This document shows, piece by piece, positions 17,383 to 28,500 of a DNA stretch of 38,271 bases. Numbering within the stretch: position 1 is the first letter of the stretch; every line of letters starts with the position of its first letter. The position numbers and the translations under genes are program-made. The notes beneath the pieces are model-generated. The model made no database searches, had not been told where the DNA came from, and saw nothing but the letters and a program-made list of their open reading frames with translations. The DNA comes from a virus. Its lineage: Duplodnaviria; Caudoviricetes. The DNA lies in IMG/VR virus record IMGVR_UViG_3300021959_000139, positions 1 to 38,271 of that record; one strand, given 5' to 3'.

Positions 17383-18427
17383 ATCTTATGCCTGGATAAG
17401 TTTTATCAATTTTATTATAGTCAGATAATTTGCCAGGCGAAAATCTTTTCTTGCACGCCTCTAAAGTTTTATTGCATTCATCTTTTGCCCAAAAATTTTT
17501 ATCAAAAAACGGATGGTGCGCACTAGCCAAGGCATGCCCCTGAATGCATACAAAAACTGACGGAGTAGACTTGTACGGATTATCCGCATTTCTTGGAGTA
17601 ATTTTTACAACGTCCCCCAAATCATAACCCCTAGGATCAACCTCTGTACCATTCTTCCCATAACTATCCCAAGAATCAACGTCATCAATTCCATTCGGGT
17701 AAAGGCCCGGTGCCACGGCCCCAGTACTTCCAGACTCTTTTGAAAACCCAGTTGTTAAGGGTTCTGTTGATGCAGTTTCGATAGGAAGTCCTTTATACCC
17801 ACAGCCTATTGAACATCTATATACCCAGCCGCAATAATTTGGCAATACAATCCTGGCAGGAACTTCTGTTCCCTCTAGTTCTAACGAAGATACAAGCTCA
17901 AATTGTATAACGTTTTTATTTTCTGAGCTTTTCTTATTAATAAAATAAACATCATCAGGATAATGCGAATTCGGATCTGCTCCACCAAAAGGATTTTTTC
18001 CAGCATCATTTTTAGTTCCTGGATCAATAAAATTATCATCATCTAAAAAACGAGCAAATGTTCTTTTTCTTGTCACCTTGCAATTCGCGAAGTCAAAATT
18101 TGCATGAACAATTTTGGACAATAGACCTTCAGGGTTTGCAATTGTAATCTTCGGTCTTGGAAGACGTCCGTCGCCTTGTTGCTCAAAGCCCTCCATTGCA
18201 ACCGGAAGAGGTTGGAATGCCTTGCCCTGCCAATATACTGGATTAGATGAATTTTTCATTGGGCAAAAACGATAAACAGTATCTGCACCAAAATTTGCAC
18301 CAAGTACATCCTTAAACATTTCAAAATTAGGCTGCAAATTACTAAAATCAATTTCATACAAATCTATCAAAGTATCTGGAGTTAAAGATACCAATGCTTT
18401 GTTAAAATTTGATTGAGCCTTAGACAT
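17336..18427 (-). CDS. phage minor tail protein L (gpL-like, Fe-S cysteines)
   Basis: IDLYEID..VYWQGKAFQPLPV..GFE..GRLPRPKITIAN..KVTRKRTFARFLD..CGWVYR...C..DECNKTLEACKKRF..FGGFPG. Confidence 0.93.
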   Translation of the reverse strand: MSKAQSNFNKALVSLTPDTLIDLYEIDFSNLQPNFEMFKDVLGANFGADTVYRFCPMKNSSNPVYWQGKAFQPLPVAMEGFEQQGDGRLPRPKITIANPEGLLSKIVHANFDFANCKVTRKRTFARFLDDDNFIDPGTKNDAGKNPFGGADPNSHYPDDVYFINKKSSENKNVIQFELVSSLELEGTEVPARIVLPNYCGWVYRCSIGCGYKGLPIETASTEPLTTGFSKESGSTGAVAPGLYPNGIDDVDSWDSYGKNGTEVDPRGYDLGDVVKITPRNADNPYKSTPSVFVCIQGHALASAHHPFFDKNFWAKDECNKTLEACKKRFSPGKLSDYNKIDKTYPGIRFGGFPGTDKHRPEAV

Positions 18428-20706
18428 TATTTTTCATTTCCTACGAATACTTTTAGAATTCCTTCTTGCGGAGAGTACGCAGTCGAACTATCGATTTCAA
18501 TAGTACCATTATTATATTGATTTGTTCCTAAAATTACAATCTCATTATTACTTGCATCAACAATATCATCAGTTCCATCAGATATATTTATATTTAAATC
18601 ACCTACAGCTACTCCTGCATATATAATATCAATATATGCACTATCTCCACCAGGAATTGAAGACACTGCGTTGTCTTTAAAGAACTGCTCTACAACATAA
18701 TCACCAATAATAAATTCAGACGGAGATACCTCATTTATTCCCGATCTAATTTCACCACGATTATTTTGAAAAAAAGTATTTGGAACACCATTCACCATAT
18801 CGGTAACAAACTTCGTCGGGTCTACTGGATCTTGATTAACCAAAGTAAACATTTGCCCCCCATCTGCCAATCCATGCGTGTATGACCTACTAAGCTTGGC
18901 GTATCTACCTGCAAGATTAAATGGAAAATTGCCATTAGACGGTATTTGAAAAATATAGTCACTAGGAGATATATCTTCCAGGACAGCAGGAACACTTGAA
19001 CCAATTTGTCCTACTATAGAAAAATTAGATGACACAGATGCAGAATTTAATGTAACACTTGTATCACCTATGTTTTGAAGTTTTAATCTAACTTTACATT
19101 TTTCACCAGGAACCACGACTTCTCCATCTCCTTGTAAAGAAAATGCTATCGGAGAAGTAAAAATTAACTCTCCCGGACTCAATATAGGAGGAGTTTCTAG
19201 TGATGAATATTGCTCCGCATCCATATTAAATGGATACTGTTCAAATGTAGCAGAAATACTATGATTATTCTTGTGATTATAAGTGTGAGTCCATTCTTCG
19301 CAGATAAAATTTTGCGTAGCTTCATACGGAGCGGGAGGATTAAAATTAAAGGGAATACAGCCATAATGCTGCTCAAGGAAATGAAGTATTGCCCTAGCCT
19401 CATCATCTTCTCTATTATTAAAGCTTAAATTTAATTTTAATAAACTTTCATTGATTCCATCTTCATATACTTGAGTATATCCATTTCTTACGCTAATCTC
19501 ATTTACTCTCGGATTCTGTTGAACTTCTAACCCTAACGAGGGCTTCCAAAAGAAATCGCGAGTCCAGTAATTTTTATTGACATCTGAATAATCCCCACTA
19601 CTACGAGTCCATTCATCATTTTGTTCAGCAGGAGGCTTGTTACTTGCAGATGAATCACTATGCCAATAGTAATGTTTTAAATTTCCAGTATAAAAAGCAA
19701 TATCATTTTTTTCGTACAATAAAGTAGGATCATATGTTTCTGCTCCACCAACTATCCATCCACCACTAACACTTCTTCTCAACAAAGATGTATCCAAATT
19801 CCTTATTTTTAAGGACACATCACTACTGTTTTCAAAATTCAAAGAATGATTAAATTCGTTGCAATAAAAAGTTTTTGATTGATTTTCTGTTATATCGTAT
19901 GGATGAAATGAAGAAGCGCCGTCCCACCTAAAACCAGATACTCCTTGCTTGTATCTCAAGTTTGGGCCAGGGGCATCTTTTTCGAGTTGGCCCAAATGAT
20001 TTTCCACAAAATGTATTATTGCATTTGCTTCTCTATTTGTTCGATTTTTAAATTTAAGGTCAACCTCGAAACTTAAAGAATTGATTGATTTCGGCTGAAC
20101 AATGTAGTATCCATTTCCATACTGATGCCTATAATTGTTTGCCTTGAAAGATGCGCTTGACCCATAATCTGCATCAAAGAAAAACAAATCGGTACTCCAC
20201 AAGTCTGGATTCAAAGATGGGTCGGCATTTATTGTGGATATTGTAATTGATTGACTAGACGCCTCCTCAAAAGCCTCGATAGAATAATTCTGAGAAACGG
20301 GTCTTACTTGGATTGCTGAACCAGTTATTGAAGGGTCATTATTTAAAGCAAGAACATCTTTTTCAACACTAATTATTCTATACCTACCATCACCAGACGA
20401 AGAGCCGCCAAGATCAATTATATTTCCAGGATAAAAAGATGCATTTTGATCATCTGTTCTATTTAAAGAATCAACAATATAATGATCATTGTTTGGGCCA
20501 TCTGGAACCAAGTGATATCTATTTAATGCTGTAACCGAAACGCCGCCACCAAAAGTTAAATCTTCTCTAGCATAATAAAACAATCCATCTCCAGTATTAT
20601 ATACAAAATCAAATTGCTTATAATTTGCGCCAGCCTCGAAGTAACCGCTGTAATTTGTTACATGACTTCTCCTTCCAAAGACTTCGTCTATTTTTTCTCT
20701 ACTCAT
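18427..20706 (-). CDS. distal tail protein with two tandem gpM-like domains, CBM-like inserts and a C-terminal Ig-like domain
   Basis: Copy 1 YGNGYYIVQPKSINSL..LKFKNR..EANAIIHFVENHLG; copy 2 FFWKPS..RNGYTQVYEDGINES..LSFNNR..EARAILHFLEQHYGCIPFNF..ISATFEQ; immediately upstream of gpL. Confidence 0.8.
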   Translation of the reverse strand: MSREKIDEVFGRRSHVTNYSGYFEAGANYKQFDFVYNTGDGLFYYAREDLTFGGGVSVTALNRYHLVPDGPNNDHYIVDSLNRTDDQNASFYPGNIIDLGGSSSGDGRYRIISVEKDVLALNNDPSITGSAIQVRPVSQNYSIEAFEEASSQSITISTINADPSLNPDLWSTDLFFFDADYGSSASFKANNYRHQYGNGYYIVQPKSINSLSFEVDLKFKNRTNREANAIIHFVENHLGQLEKDAPGPNLRYKQGVSGFRWDGASSFHPYDITENQSKTFYCNEFNHSLNFENSSDVSLKIRNLDTSLLRRSVSGGWIVGGAETYDPTLLYEKNDIAFYTGNLKHYYWHSDSSASNKPPAEQNDEWTRSSGDYSDVNKNYWTRDFFWKPSLGLEVQQNPRVNEISVRNGYTQVYEDGINESLLKLNLSFNNREDDEARAILHFLEQHYGCIPFNFNPPAPYEATQNFICEEWTHTYNHKNNHSISATFEQYPFNMDAEQYSSLETPPILSPGELIFTSPIAFSLQGDGEVVVPGEKCKVRLKLQNIGDTSVTLNSASVSSNFSIVGQIGSSVPAVLEDISPSDYIFQIPSNGNFPFNLAGRYAKLSRSYTHGLADGGQMFTLVNQDPVDPTKFVTDMVNGVPNTFFQNNRGEIRSGINEVSPSEFIIGDYVVEQFFKDNAVSSIPGGDSAYIDIIYAGVAVGDLNINISDGTDDIVDASNNEIVILGTNQYNNGTIEIDSSTAYSPQEGILKVFVGNEK

Positions 20707-21626
20707 TTGACTATTTGCTTGACAACAACTCTACCCCTCGAATAATTTCCTTCTCCCAAACTTACAGATTGTTCTTGTATTTTTCCTTCGCATTGAAATT
20801 TTGCAATTCTATTTCCATTCATGCTATATAAATATGCCGCAATAGAAGAATTTCTATTGAGCTCCACTGGGCGCGCATTTCCTCCATGATATTCGCCGTA
20901 TTGACTTAGTTTTTGAGCTATGTCATTTGCTTCAATCATCATTTCAACTTCTATATTTTCCACAGAAACTCTGTGAGGAGCAACGCCATTCGCATTAGTA
21001 GACAATGATGTATGCTCGGAGTCTCTAATATGATTGTGAACTTTCCTACCCACCGTTATACTATAATCCATTTGAGAAACTTCAAATTGCCTACCATTAA
21101 CGGCAGACATCTCAGTGTTGCTCGCTTTTACTTTCCCAAACGATTTTAATCCGTGAGCAGGGTCAATACTTAATTCTTGAAATCTTCGATCTACTGTTTT
21201 TAATATTGTACCATATATATCATATGTTGCATTTGCTTGTATTACTCGATAAGGAGCCAAGCTAAAACTAAAACTTGTAAGATACATATTATTAAAAAAA
21301 TATCTGCCAACAATATTTCCATGAATAGGATCTTCGCCCATTCCATCTCTTATATCAAACAATTTATCAATTGCATTTACTCCATTGCTATATCCAAAAA
21401 GCTCATCAGTAATCATAAACGAAATGTCCAGTTTTCCTTTTAGTCCATCTAGGGGAGCAAAATCAATAAATTCTGTTTTTGCGCCAACTATATTGATATC
21501 AACATCACCATATACTCTTTCTGGCTCGAGCGTTGGAGAAATGGACAGACTTGCAGACTGAACCATAAGATCTTTATTACCTAAAGATACCTTACCATCT
21601 TCAAATCTTAAATACGGCTTACTCAT
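20703..21626 (-). CDS. tail tube-fold (baseplate tube-like) protein
   Basis: VQSASLSISP..YLTSFSFSLAP..VSQMDYSITV..IQEQSVSL pattern shared with the major tube protein; position between TMP and Dit. Confidence 0.55.
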   Translation of the reverse strand: MSKPYLRFEDGKVSLGNKDLMVQSASLSISPTLEPERVYGDVDINIVGAKTEFIDFAPLDGLKGKLDISFMITDELFGYSNGVNAIDKLFDIRDGMGEDPIHGNIVGRYFFNNMYLTSFSFSLAPYRVIQANATYDIYGTILKTVDRRFQELSIDPAHGLKSFGKVKASNTEMSAVNGRQFEVSQMDYSITVGRKVHNHIRDSEHTSLSTNANGVAPHRVSVENIEVEMMIEANDIAQKLSQYGEYHGGNARPVELNRNSSIAAYLYSMNGNRIAKFQCEGKIQEQSVSLGEGNYSRGRVVVKQIVK

Positions 21627-22504
21627 GACACAGGATTATGCAAGGTTTCATAACCTTTATATGTTAAAGATATAGCCATCTCTCCATCAATTGAGGAATT
21701 TATACTTTCACTTATTAATCTAACATTTGAACCAGTAAATGCATTGATCATTTCATTTGTTTTACTATCTCTGATTTCTATTTTTACATTGCTTTTTGGC
21801 GCTGCTTGTATTCTGTCTTTAATTTCTCTCACTTCATATTCATCAACAATCATCGTAAAATTAATATCAGTTTCTATAGGATATTGAGTATCTACCTGAA
21901 CTGGTTCAAGATTTTTCATATCAATATTAAGTGTTTGCGTAAAATCAACTTCGTCTGCTTGATGAATTGCATATACAGGCTCAAGATTCAATCTTCTACT
22001 ATAAGAAAAATCACTTATTGCATCAGCAGTAAAATCATCAACTGATACAGATATACTAGATTGATCAGGAAATTGTATATCTGGATGATTGATTGTAGCA
22101 GGTTCAATTAATACGCCACTACCAAGTTCACCATATACAGTTAGATCAGTTTCTATATCAGGAATATCTCCAACCGAACAACTTACAGAATATTGAGACA
22201 TTCTTGCTTTTGTAAATCCAAAACCTTTTGATCCATTATCATAAAGTATTGCGCCACTAATTTCATTTTCGTCGTATAAAAATTTTCCTCCAGGACTCAA
22301 TGGAAGCAATGGATCTCGACTAACCATCTTTCTAGAGATTCTAAAATTTCCTTGCAGAGGAGCGTCAGGAAAAGCGTCTATAAATCCGACACCAGCCACC
22401 TTTATTGGGGTTTCAGTTATTGAATAACTTCCCTCTACATTCGTTACTCCTGATAGCGCAACAGAATTAACAATAACAGTTTGTTCATAATTTGAGTAGC
22501 TCAT
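21623..22504 (-). CDS. tail tube-fold (baseplate tube-like) protein
   Basis: SQYSVSCSVGDIP, VDTQYPIETDINF and RLISESINSSIDG align with SNYSVEASVGGMP, VVDYPVNISVSV and LLEGESFSSSIGD of ORF 33225. Confidence 0.65.
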   Translation of the reverse strand: MSYSNYEQTVIVNSVALSGVTNVEGSYSITETPIKVAGVGFIDAFPDAPLQGNFRISRKMVSRDPLLPLSPGGKFLYDENEISGAILYDNGSKGFGFTKARMSQYSVSCSVGDIPDIETDLTVYGELGSGVLIEPATINHPDIQFPDQSSISVSVDDFTADAISDFSYSRRLNLEPVYAIHQADEVDFTQTLNIDMKNLEPVQVDTQYPIETDINFTMIVDEYEVREIKDRIQAAPKSNVKIEIRDSKTNEMINAFTGSNVRLISESINSSIDGEMAISLTYKGYETLHNPVS

Positions 22505-22505
22505 T

Positions 22506-25500
22506 TTACTCGCTTAGTAATCCGCCAGGTCTTTGTTCTTCAATTATAACCGCAACTACTTGCGCCTTGACTTTTTCTGCTAATTGATTTTCTCTGGACT
22601 GGTTCTCTGATGCATCTTTTGGATTTTGTCCGGAATTTTGACCGCTAGAATCTTTAGACTGTCCGCCAGATCGATCAACATTAATTGATATATTAATATT
22701 ATTTGTATTACCCGAAGAAGTTGTTGACTCGGATTGTTCTTTGAGCGGGGTAACTGCGCCACCTTGGTTAAATTTTCCTAAATTTATTGAGTCAAGCAAG
22801 GGTTTACCTAATTGACGAGCGCTACTTGCACGAATAACATATTCTCCCTCGCTGAGCATTGCGGGAATTTGGTCAACACCAGGCTTACCAGAAATGTATC
22901 CACCGCTAGCATATTTAGAAATTGGGCCTCCAAAATAATTTTTTTTCAAGTTTCTAAACCAACTAAATGGATTTAATTTTTTAAATGCGTTTTCCTTGAT
23001 AGGAGTTAAATTTTCGTACCCTATCTCTCCGTCTGGACGAAAAACACTTGTATCCGTTGCAGGGTCATACATAGTACCTTTGGGAGTATCTGAGCCATAC
23101 CCCAATTTCTTACCTGCCGCAGTTAAAGATCCTCCCTTGAATATATTTTCAACCCCAGCAGATAGTCCCGCGCTTAGCGCGGTACTCAAAAGCATTTTCA
23201 TTAAAGACTGTTTTTTAGCTTTTTTCTCGGCGGCCTTTCTTATTCTCTCCTGAATAACCCCGCGAGTATATTGAGCATCTTCTTGAAGCCCTACATTTCC
23301 AGCTTGGCCACTATAGAAAAATCCAGACATTGCTTCTGATTGATATCTTCTTCCTGTAGCATATCCTTCGGCTCCTCCAAAATTTGCGGCAAGCGCGGAA
23401 CCAGGCTTTCCTCCGTTTGAGTAACCAGGAATTTTTCCTCCGGCATTTAAAGAATGCATGAATCCACCACCGTATTTCTTTACTGCGCTTCGACTCATTA
23501 CATATTCTCCGTTAGAAACCATCGCAGGAACTTGACCTCCGCGAGAAAATCCCATAGCGCCTATAATATTTCCTGCGGCTTTTTGAAGCATTGCGCTTTG
23601 TATTGCTTGAAGAAAGTTTATTCCGATATTTCTTAGAACATCACCCATATCTTCGGCCCCGTTTATACCTGCCTGCATAGCTTCGGCGAGACCGTCCCTT
23701 AGCTTCAATGGCAATTGCTCGCCTAATTGATAATCAATAGCATCAGTTTGTTCCCTAACTTTTTTAAATCCATCTGCAAATCCCCCACTAAAGGTTTCGT
23801 GAGTTCTGCGATTAGCGATTCTTTGTTTTTCTAAACCTATTAAGGTTTGTACGTTTGATATTTGTTTTTCGTATTCTGCAGTTATATTCCCTGATTGTTG
23901 TGTTAGTTCATCTCGTCGCTTCTTGTCCTCTCCTTTTGTGCCAACAATCTTTGCGTTCTCTTCTGCTATTTTGTTTTGCTTTTCAAGAAGCTCCTCTTGC
24001 AGGGCTTTTATTTTTAATTGCGCTTGAATTTCTTTTTCTCTTAGCTGAAAATCTTCTCTTTCTCTAGTTGTTTTATAGCCAGGCCCTTGAGCAGTTAATC
24101 TTTGTGCCCCACCTAGCTCATAATCTAATTCTCTCATTTTTCGGGCAGATCGAGCTGCTTCTGCACCCATTCGATGATCTCTTTGTAGATCCTTGAGAAT
24201 ATCGGCCCTTCCCGCAAGAGTTAGATTTATGCCGTCTTCTGCTGCCTGCGTCGCTTCGGCATTTTTCTTTTCTTTTTGTGCAAGTTCTATAAGATCTTGT
24301 CTTTTCGTCTTTTCCTGTTCTAATAATCTATTTAGAATTTGTTGTATTTCACTTTCGTCCTCTGCCAGCGTAATCATCTCCTCAAGGATATCAATTAACT
24401 GTTTCGTGTCCATTTTTAACACTTTATCAGAGACATCCTGAACAGAAGGAGCTGTTTCCCCCTCAACCCCAAACTTTGTTTTAAACAATCTTTGAACCTC
24501 TTGATTTTGTTTTATTTGATTTAATAACCCGAGTTTAAGTCCTTCGTCCGCAGAACCCACGCTTAAGGCATATTTTTTATTTATTTCTGCTGCTGCAATC
24601 TTGCCTTGCGTTGTAGTCTTTTGGGTTTCAGTCATGGATTCCGGAGAAATTTTAAGCTCTTTTTTTAATTCATTTATTTTTTGATCTTCGAGTTTAGCTA
24701 TTTCCAATTGTCTCATTGCGGCGCGTTTTTGTGCTTCTTGCATTATTTTCGCCATATCCAGCTCAACGATATAGCCTTTTCTTCTTTCATCAAGGACATG
24801 AATTTCTTGCTCTGCGAGCTTTAATATATCTGCGTATGCTGCTTTGATTGTGTCGTTGTCTGCACCGGCCATTTGATCCTGTAGTTGCGCCACAGTAAAG
24901 TGGGCCTTCGTACCCTTCTTTACTTCAGCCCCCGCTTCAGTAAAGTCATCAGTCATTGCGGTTGCATAAATCTTTTTGTCTTGAGGTAGCATATCCAATG
25001 CATCTCTTAAAACCTGATGCCTAAGTTCTGTACCCATTTGAGCAAGAATTTGATCTTCAATTCTTGTTTTGATATCTTTCAAGTCTCTTACTTTATAGAA
25101 TCTATTTGCAGCGAAATGATCTCCTACTCCGCCCTCAGTTCTGAGTGATCTGCTCGAACTACTATCCAAAATATATTTACCCAAGCCTGCTTCGCCAGTA
25201 ATGTCGCCTCCTATGTTATTTTTTATCAATAATTGCTGCAGGCGATTGGCTTGCTTGAAAGCCCCTTTAGAGGCATTCCCTGTACTCCCTGATATTCCTG
25301 ACTGCCTCATCAAGGCATCTACATCGATTCCTGACTGCTTGAGAAGCTCTGCTTTCAATTCTTTTCCTCTATCGGTTGAAGATTGCATATTCAAACCAAA
25401 TCCGTCTCTAGTTGTTAGTTTATTAAAATCTTTTAAACCCCCTAAACTCAAGACCCCTTGTTGTTCAGAGTTAATTCGATTAAATTTGACCTCTCTGTCT

Positions 25501-28500
25501 TCATTGAAATATCCTGTAGCTTTAAAAACCTGCGCCATTGATTGGGCAAATTGAGATCCCACTTGAGTAGATTGTTCCCTAGCAGCCTTTGCAGACTCTT
25601 TTAGCGCTTTTGTATTTTCCTCGGTTGCGCTTTGCATACCCATCAAATATCCGCCTATTCCTCCGATAGCAGCTCCTACTGCAGTTCCTATTCCAGGCAC
25701 TATCATACTGCCTATCATCCCCCCCATCATGCCCCCAGTTGCAGCTCCAGATAATCCACCTCCAAATTCATACATAGATTGATTTCCTCCTGATGCACCT
25801 GTGCCGCCCGAATATTGTTGTACCATTCCCCCGACCATCGGTAATCCAATCATCGCCATTGTTCCCATGCCCGACATTCTTCCGGCTAGAGAGCCTCTAG
25901 CAGAAGCTCCGCGTGCTTGACTTGCAACCGCAGCTTCTTTTTGTTTTGCTGTAATTAGCTTTTGTTGTGTCTTATTTAAAGCTTGCTGCAACTGAACGCC
26001 CCTCCTTGCCGCGGAGCGGCTAAGCCTTCCCTGGGCGTTAGCCTTTACCAGCATTTTATTATTTTGTTCTATTACCCTTTGAAGCTTTTTTTCTCGATTC
26101 GTATTGGTTTTTACTTGTTTTGCTGCCTCGTCTCTTGCTTCTATATAACTATCTCGTTGAGCTGAATCTGCGCGAAAACCCGCCATCCAATCCTTGATAG
26201 CGTAATTCGGCACATATCCATTTGCACCAAATACATCGCGCAAGCCATTTGGTTCGTCTTTTGTATTGGTCACTCCAAGCCCAAGAGGATTACCCCTACT
26301 CATTAATGCATTATGAGAACCAACTCTAATTTGCGAAACAGGAACTCCAGCTGCTTTTTCGCGGCCTATTGCATCACTTAATGGGTCTGCAAAGTTGGGG
26401 ATATAACCTCGAGCAAATAAACCTCTTTTCTGGGTTTTCGGGTTGACCCCAGCTTTTTTTCCATAAGCGAATGCCAATGCAGGATCAGTACTCCTACCCC
26501 CAGATCTAAATATTTTTTCCTTAAGTATTTTTTCGGCCATGCTTTGGGTATTACCTACAGAATCTTGAGACTTGTAATCAGCGAGATTCGTCCTCGCCCA
26601 ACTTCCTCCAAATAAAATTTTAAGATCTTGTTTTTGTTCGCTCGTAGGATTTCTTAAATCAAAATCTCCACCTATGCCAGTAGCTACGCCAGCAATACCA
26701 CCCGATTGGCCTTTTATCTGTTTGATCTTAGTGCTAATTGCCGCTTCAAATAAGGCTCCAACAACAGACGAAAGAGCTCCTGCCCCCCCGCTTTCAGGCG
26801 AATTAAGTAAATTTTTTATAGTTTTACTGCTCGCTTTTCCAGTACCTATCTTAAACGAGTCTGCCAACAATTGTCCCTGTCTAACAGCAGACCTTTCAAC
26901 AGCTTCGTGGAGTTGCTCAACAAGATTTTTCTTTTTGTTCTCGGCTCTTGTTGAAGCGCTAGGCAATACCCCAAATTTTTTAAACCTTACTTTAGGTAAT
27001 TGAGCTTTTGGTACGCCATATACTGGATTAGCAGGCTTTTCCAATACATCCCTCGTTCCAGCTTCGGGGGTTAGCATGTGAGCATAATTAATTGCATTTA
27101 GTACCGGAGCCGCTTTACCCACTCCTTGACCAGATCTCCTGTTAAAATTAGGAATATAACCACTTCCCGCATACGGATCAAATCCATGAACGCTTCCAAA
27201 TGCTTGTTGATAATTCTTGCCTGCCTTGCTAGACAGCGGAGGCATAATTGCAGGCTGAGTAAATCCTGCGAAATTCTTAATTTTTTCTGCGCTATTATAT
27301 ATTACCGAGCCTTCACCAGGCATATTCATTGATCGAATATTTCCTGCGGCATATCCTCCTTTTGCTGCTTGTGCTCGTTCGGGATGTGCAAAATTTGGTA
27401 TATGACCTGTTGCTCGACCACGTCTTGGAGTTAGAGAGGCTCCGTATCCCTTTGAATAAAGAGTGCTCGCTGTTCTTTTCGCAACAGAATCAAGCATTTG
27501 AGCTTCGACCACTTGAGCTTGCAATAAACTTAAAATTATTTTTTCTTTTTCTGTTCGAGAAATATCAGTTCGAAGCATTTCTTTACTTAGTGCAGAATTT
27601 TGTCCAAACAAATTAACCAAAGATGTTTGAATCGCTTTTTGCTTTTGAGCTTCGCTAGTTACGCCTATAAGAGATGTTAAACTTTCTTTCGCGAATTGAG
27701 CTGCTTTTAAAAACAATTTTCCAAAAACCACAGTAAGCACAACCAAGCCTGGCCCAGTTATAATATTACCCAAGCCCTTTAAAAATCCGTTTGCAAACTT
27801 GCTCCCAGCACCTTCTCCATCCCCAAGCATTGTGCTTGCGCCTTCTGCAATAGATTTTACTGTATTTAGTATTTTCTCCATTCCAGGGGCAAGCATAATT
27901 TCTCCAATTTGCGCAGAGACATCTTTTAATGCTAATCCCGTTTCAGTTGCCATTGCGGACATTGTACCTCTTAACTGCTCATTTTTTTGAATAGCCTCAT
28001 TTGTTGCGCTAGAAGAAATTTGTGTGGCGTTTGCAAGTATACCATTCTGTTTTGCAGCGTCACTCAGAACGGCCTTTAAAATATTGATTTGGAAAACTCC
28101 ACCAACTGTTTGCGCGATCTGAGCCTGTTGCGACGCAGATAAGCCGTCAAATGAATTTGCAAGATCAGTTAAAATTCTTTTGGCTCCTAAAGTATTTCCT
28201 TGCAAGTCTCTTACTGCGATACCCAAATTTTCTAATTGATTCAAAGTATCGGTACGACCTATTCTTGTAAAAATTGTTTTGAATGAGTTACCAATAACCT
28301 TTCCGCCTCGAGCAGTTTGTTGTTGGGCCGCAGTCACCAAACCTATCAATTCATCAATACTTACCCCTGCGCTTTTTGCAGCTTGACCAGTTCGAGCAAT
28401 AGCATCAGCGAAGTCTTCTGCGCTTACTGCAAATTGAACGTCAACTGCGGCAAATTTACTAACCAATTGAGTAGTATCTTTAATTTGGTTGCCGTATGTA

